Below, piece after piece: positions 59,644 through 64,000 of a stretch of DNA of 64,000 bases; positions within the stretch are counted from its first letter, which is position 1, and the number at the start of each line of letters is the position of its first letter. Both the position numbers and the translations under genes were made by a program. Location: positions 2,753,696 through 2,817,695 of the forward strand of contig MU058540.1 in NCBI GenBank assembly GCA_013265495.1. The letters are read 5' to 3'. The notes under the pieces are model-generated. The model ran no database searches. It saw only the letters and a program-made list of their open reading frames with translations, and was not told the origin of the DNA. The DNA is from Vicugna vicugna. Its lineage: Eukaryota.

Positions 59644-62600
59644 GTGAGGGAGCCATGGCAGGCAAGAGCGGATCCCAGGCTTTTGCTCTGAGCAGATCCC
59701 GGGCTTCGGCTCTGAGCTGAGCCGAACGTGTCCGTGTGTGTCCGTGCACCTCCTGGGGTGTGTGTCGCGGATGCGTGTCGCCGGTGCTTGTGTGTGTGCT
59801 TTGTTCACAGGTGAATGACGTGCGTGGGTCTCGGTTTTGCGCACACCGGAGTCTGTAAGTGCGCTGGGGACGGGGATCGGGATGTGTTGCAGACTCCCGG
59901 CGGGGAGAGGGAGCATGAATACCAGGGATCCCCGCCACGCTCCCTCCCCTTGAAACTCAGCTGCGAGGGAAGGCGTGGACCCGGCTGCGAGTGCGCCCAG
60001 GGCCCCAGGCTCTAACTGCTGCTGGTGTCGTGGGAATGAAACCCTGTACGCGGAGAGCTGCGGGAGGGGCGAGGAACGCGGAGCCGAGCAGGTTCATCTG
60101 GGATCCAATCCCGGGCTGCTCTCGGATCCAATCGGTGCCACCCAGGCCCAGGCCCCTAAGGTCTGGGTTACCGACGCCGCCGTGTCCGCCAATAGACTGG
60201 GCGCTGAGGTCAGCGCCGGCTGTGTCCCCGGCTCTTGGGAACTTGTCGGGACACGTCCCTTAAGGGCAAGCGAGGTGGTGACTCACGGTGACAAGAAGAC
60301 CCCAGGGAACGGGCTGGGTGAGGTCAGAACTCCGCCTGGGCTGGGCGACAGTGGCTCCCCCATAAGTTCCCTTCCCTGCCTCTCCGCGGCCTCTGTCTCC
60401 CCATCAGCACAGTGACCTATTTGGCTGGGCACAAAGTGTTCCCAGGGAAGCCAGACACCAGAAGATCCAGGAACTGGTGTCCGGTCCCCGCCCTGCGGTG
60501 AGCCCTCTGGGACCTGGAGCCCCGGCCCCCGCGCTGGGTCGGCTTGCGCCAGCCTGTCACTAACGGAAGCTCAGGAGCTGGACCTACCTCTCTCCCACCA
60601 CCGCCTGGAGAACCCCGGCCCAACTTGTTCTCGGGTCGGTCGGATGGACTCCGGGGTAGCGGAGCCCAGCTCTGGCTTGCGTCGGGGCACGCAGCCCCCG
60701 CTGGGGCGGGAGGCAGGGAGAGATCTCGTCTTTGAGGGATGGGGCTTCCAGGCGCGATGCTGCTCAGGGCTTCTGTCACCTGCATTCGGGGCTCCAGGCG
60801 CCCCCAGCCTAGCCCAGAATTCCCTGTCCGAGGGCGTCAGGGCTGAAAGGAGCAGGAGGGAGAGTCGCCCTTCGGGCGCCACCGCCCAGCGCGGACTACA
60901 ATGCGTCCTCCTTGTCCGCGGTGTCCCGGCGGCCCTCAGGGGACAGTTGCGAACCTTCTCGTGCTTAAAAGAATCTTGGAATTACATTTGGCACTTTGGG
61001 ACGCCCAGGCAGTTCTCTGCCTCCTTCCCTTCCTCCACGTCGCGTTTTGGAGAGGACTTTGAGCGGTTTTGTTTTCGTTCCTCCCGTCTATTTTTATTTT
61101 CCAGGGATCTGACTCATCCCCTGCTTTAGGGCGTGGAGATAAGGTGGAGAGCCCGGATCCCTGCGCGCCTGTGCGTGCGGGGTGTGTGTATGTGTTTACA
61201 CGTATGTGTGTCACAAGAGACGGCGCGAGAGCGGGCGGTTTCCCAACAGTGGCGGGGGTTTCGGAAGCCTGGCTCAGCGTGACGTGTTCGCGGTCCCCGG
61301 TCCCCCTCCCGCTTCCCCCTCCTCACCCGAGGGTGACGCGCAGCCGGAGTGGAAACGAAGTTTTGGCGGGCCGGGAGCATTTTGCAGGAAACTGACTCAT
61401 CGCAACTCCCTGCTGCTGACCTAGGCTCTGCCCACGCACCTCCCACCCGGCGCGTGATTTCCTGGAGACCAGCGCCCCCTTCCGGCCCCAGCGCTAATGG
61501 CAAACACGCCTTCCCGCGGAATGAGGCTTCACCAGCCATTGCTTCCCGCCGCTACTCCAGGGCTGACCTGAGGTCGCTCCCCTGCTCCTACAAAGGAGTA
61601 CCCCATTGGTTCAGCAGTGTTTACTGAGTACTTACTATTTATTTGGGAATGAAAATTATGGTTGTGGTTGAAGTCTAAGGCACGAAGGCCAACAGAAGGA
61701 GCTAGTCTCAGTTGCTTGTTTGTAAAACAAGAGTTTGAGTTTTCTCTGAGGTGGGAGTTACAGTAATGGTCATGAGAGCAGATTTTGATGGCGCGTCTAT
61801 GAAAGCCATAAGGGAAGGGGTGCTAGAAGTAGAGAGGGTCCCTGCCTGGATTCTGGTTCCGTCTTCAGCTCCTAGCAGCCAGGAAATGTCCAGCTCCCTG
61901 GTAAAGCCCTAGGTGGGCTCCTCCTTGTGCCAATGAAGCACTGAGACCCACAGTATCTATTTCAGCCATTCTGTGTGCCCCCTCTTGGCTGGCACCCCAA
62001 GCGTGCCCATCTGGAGAACTGCCAAAGGCTTGCTTAAATCTCTTTCAGTTTGAATTAAATCGGTCTTTGGAAGGAGAGACTATTAATCCACATATTGAAA
62101 AAGCTCCCCAAGTGGTTCCAATGGGTCTCTCTGGTTAAGAAACCTCACAATTATAGAGGAAGTAGGGTTCAACACTAGAGCACAGAACCCAGGGCATTCA
62201 GGCCTGGGATCAAATTCTGGCTGTGCCACTTGTGAGCTGTGTAACTTTGGAAAAGTTACTTAACTTCTCTGAACCTGGTTACCTCTTTGTAAAAAAGAGC
62301 TAATATACCCACTTTTTAGGAAAATTAATATTTGTAAACTTCTTGGAAAAGCCTCTGATACATAAAAATATCTACATAAATCTCAATCCTTGTGCTGAAG
62401 AGAGTGAGCAAAGGTTATTCATAGGCTTTGCTCACTGCACTGTGTACCCCCTCTCTATGGGGCAGTGGCCCTTGATCTTTTTAGCTGTGTGGTTTTGGGG
62501 CAAGTCTTATAACTCCTGCCCTTTAAACTTGGTCTGAGGTCACCTAGTGCCTCCCTTCCCCTATCAGCTGAGATGTGGAGTTGCAGACTCCACTCCCTGT

Positions 62601-63159
62601 GAGAGGTGGTGTGGGGAGGCTTATGTGTGGCGTTGATCCAGGGCTTCCTGCCCCAGGAGGTCACTCAGCAGAGCTTTCACCCTCAAAGCCTGCAAAGCAG
62701 GACTTGTCCCCAGGAAAACCCAGTCCCTGCCAAAGTTGTGCAGCCGCTCAGCCCTGGAGTCAGGCCAGAGCAGGGCAGGTGGGTGCCAGCATTCCTCACG
62801 GGCAAACTCACCCTAGGTTTTCCCTCTCCTGAAGTGGGAGGAGAGGAACCGGGTAGACCGGTACCTTTAATTTTCTTTGCCTGCAAAACGGGTTTCTTGG
62901 ATGCAGGCAGAATGAGGCAGGGGCTTCGAGGTTGTCTAGACTTCAGATCTGATGTGCCTGGCAGGATGTGGCTCAGCCTGGGACAAATCATTGCCCTGCC
63001 CTGCCCTGCCCAGCTCCTCCTTACCCCCAGGCTGCCCATCTGATGACATCCTTGGGAAAGGCCCTCAGCCTACAGCACCTGTCAGCTGCTGTCTGAAGGG
63101 AGGTGGTGGCCCAGGTGGAGTGATGGGGAGGAGGTTCAGCCAGAACAGAGGCAGAGAGA

Positions 63160-63195
<36 letters not shown>
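63160..63195. repeat. (AAT)n microsatellite at the tail of a minus-strand MIR (about 63196-63420)
   Basis: Read directly; MIR core cattttacagatgaggaaa follows. Confidence 0.9.
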
Positions 63196-63196
<1 letters not shown>

Positions 63197-64000
63197 TTTT
63201 CCAAGCACTTCTATGTACCAGGTGCTGCTCTACGCACGTTACCTACATTAACTCAATTTATCTTTACATCTGTTCTCTGAGATGTTCACTATTACTGTCT
63301 CCATTTTACAGATGAGGAAAATAGAGCCCAGAGAAGTTAAGCCACTTGTTCAGGGTCACCCAGCAGAGCCTGGATTCCAGCCCAGGTGGCCTGGCTCCAG
63401 AGCCCTCACTTTTTACCACCAAGATTCAGCCTCTCACCTCTGTTTCATCTGCCTTGCCTGGAGGGACTCCTTGGTCAATTTCTTGCACATGCTTCTATAG
63501 CCCTGCTCTTTAGACTTTAATGCAGTTCCTTTTTACAGATGAGGAAACTAAGGCCCAGAGACATTAAGTGACTTTTTAAAAGATTAGGTAGTAAGCAGCA
63601 GAGCTAGGACTAGAACCCAGCTGTTTTAAGTTGCAGAGCGGGGTTACCCAACATGGGCATCTAGGTGGGGGGATTCAGAAAGCTGGAGAAACTGTCCATT
63701 CATTTGGGAATTGACCTTCTGGCCAGGACTGGGGCTGGGAAACTGCTGGACTCTGGCAATTCACACATACTTGGGGCATTCACACCCATGAGGGACACCT
63801 CAGAGGGGAAAACAAATTGATTTTAGCTGATAATACCTGGTGGTAAACAGGACCCTGATCCCTGCTATTGCAATAAACTTGCCTTTGTTGACATAAGCTT
63901 GCCCTTCAGCTGCCCACTTCCCCAGTGACCTTGGAGTGCCAGGCTGGCTGAGCCCTACCCCTTCCCAGTGTCTACTGGTGACGTTTTGGGAGAGCCCATG

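Larger units (their letters stand above)
59330..61580. promoter_or_regulatory. CDKN1A: CDKN1A CpG island spanning promoter, exon 1 and the 5' part of intron 1
   Basis: Sustained high CpG and GC density. Confidence 0.85.

Noticed and set aside
59230..59691. 153-aa ORF with a poly-Q tract
   Set aside because: The poly-Q comes from the (AAC)n microsatellite, the start is non-ATG, and it spans the p21 promoter.
59600..61630. Many overlapping 90-160 aa ORFs
   Set aside because: Expected from stop-codon scarcity in a CpG island; none resembles p21 or any known domain.
63990..64000. CCCATG at the window end as the p21 start codon
   Set aside because: No pyrimidine tract or acceptor context precedes it; p21 exon 2 should lie further downstream.

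Overview
Mammalian genomic DNA, probably a camelid (inferred from the tRNA-derived SINE type and the style of the young L1 3' ends), covering the syntenic SRSF3-CDKN1A interval. About 0.1-7.5 kb holds the complete SRSF3 (SRp20) gene on the + strand: CpG/TATA promoter, non-coding exon 1, five coding exons that splice to the expected 164-aa RRM+RS protein, the autoregulatory poison exon (4660-5117) and tandem poly(A) signals. About 10-56 kb is non-coding and repeat-rich (MIR, L1, MaLR/ERVL LTRs, Tigger/hAT fossils, SINEs). It contains an orphan CpG-rich patch at about 44.3 kb and a p53 + C/EBP-ATF composite element at about 50.95 kb that matches the lincRNA-p21 5' end/enhancer. About 57-64 kb is the CDKN1A (p21) promoter with both canonical p53 response elements, non-coding exon 1 and most of intron 1; the p21 coding exons lie beyond the window. 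I found no new protein-coding system. The most interesting signals are regulatory: apparent lineage-specific rewiring of the p21 promoter, a duplicated SRSF3 proximal poly(A) signal, ORFs and a recursive-type splice motif around the poison exon, and candidate convergent CTCF sites. Comparisons with human or mouse and repeat family names are from memory and need alignment to confirm.
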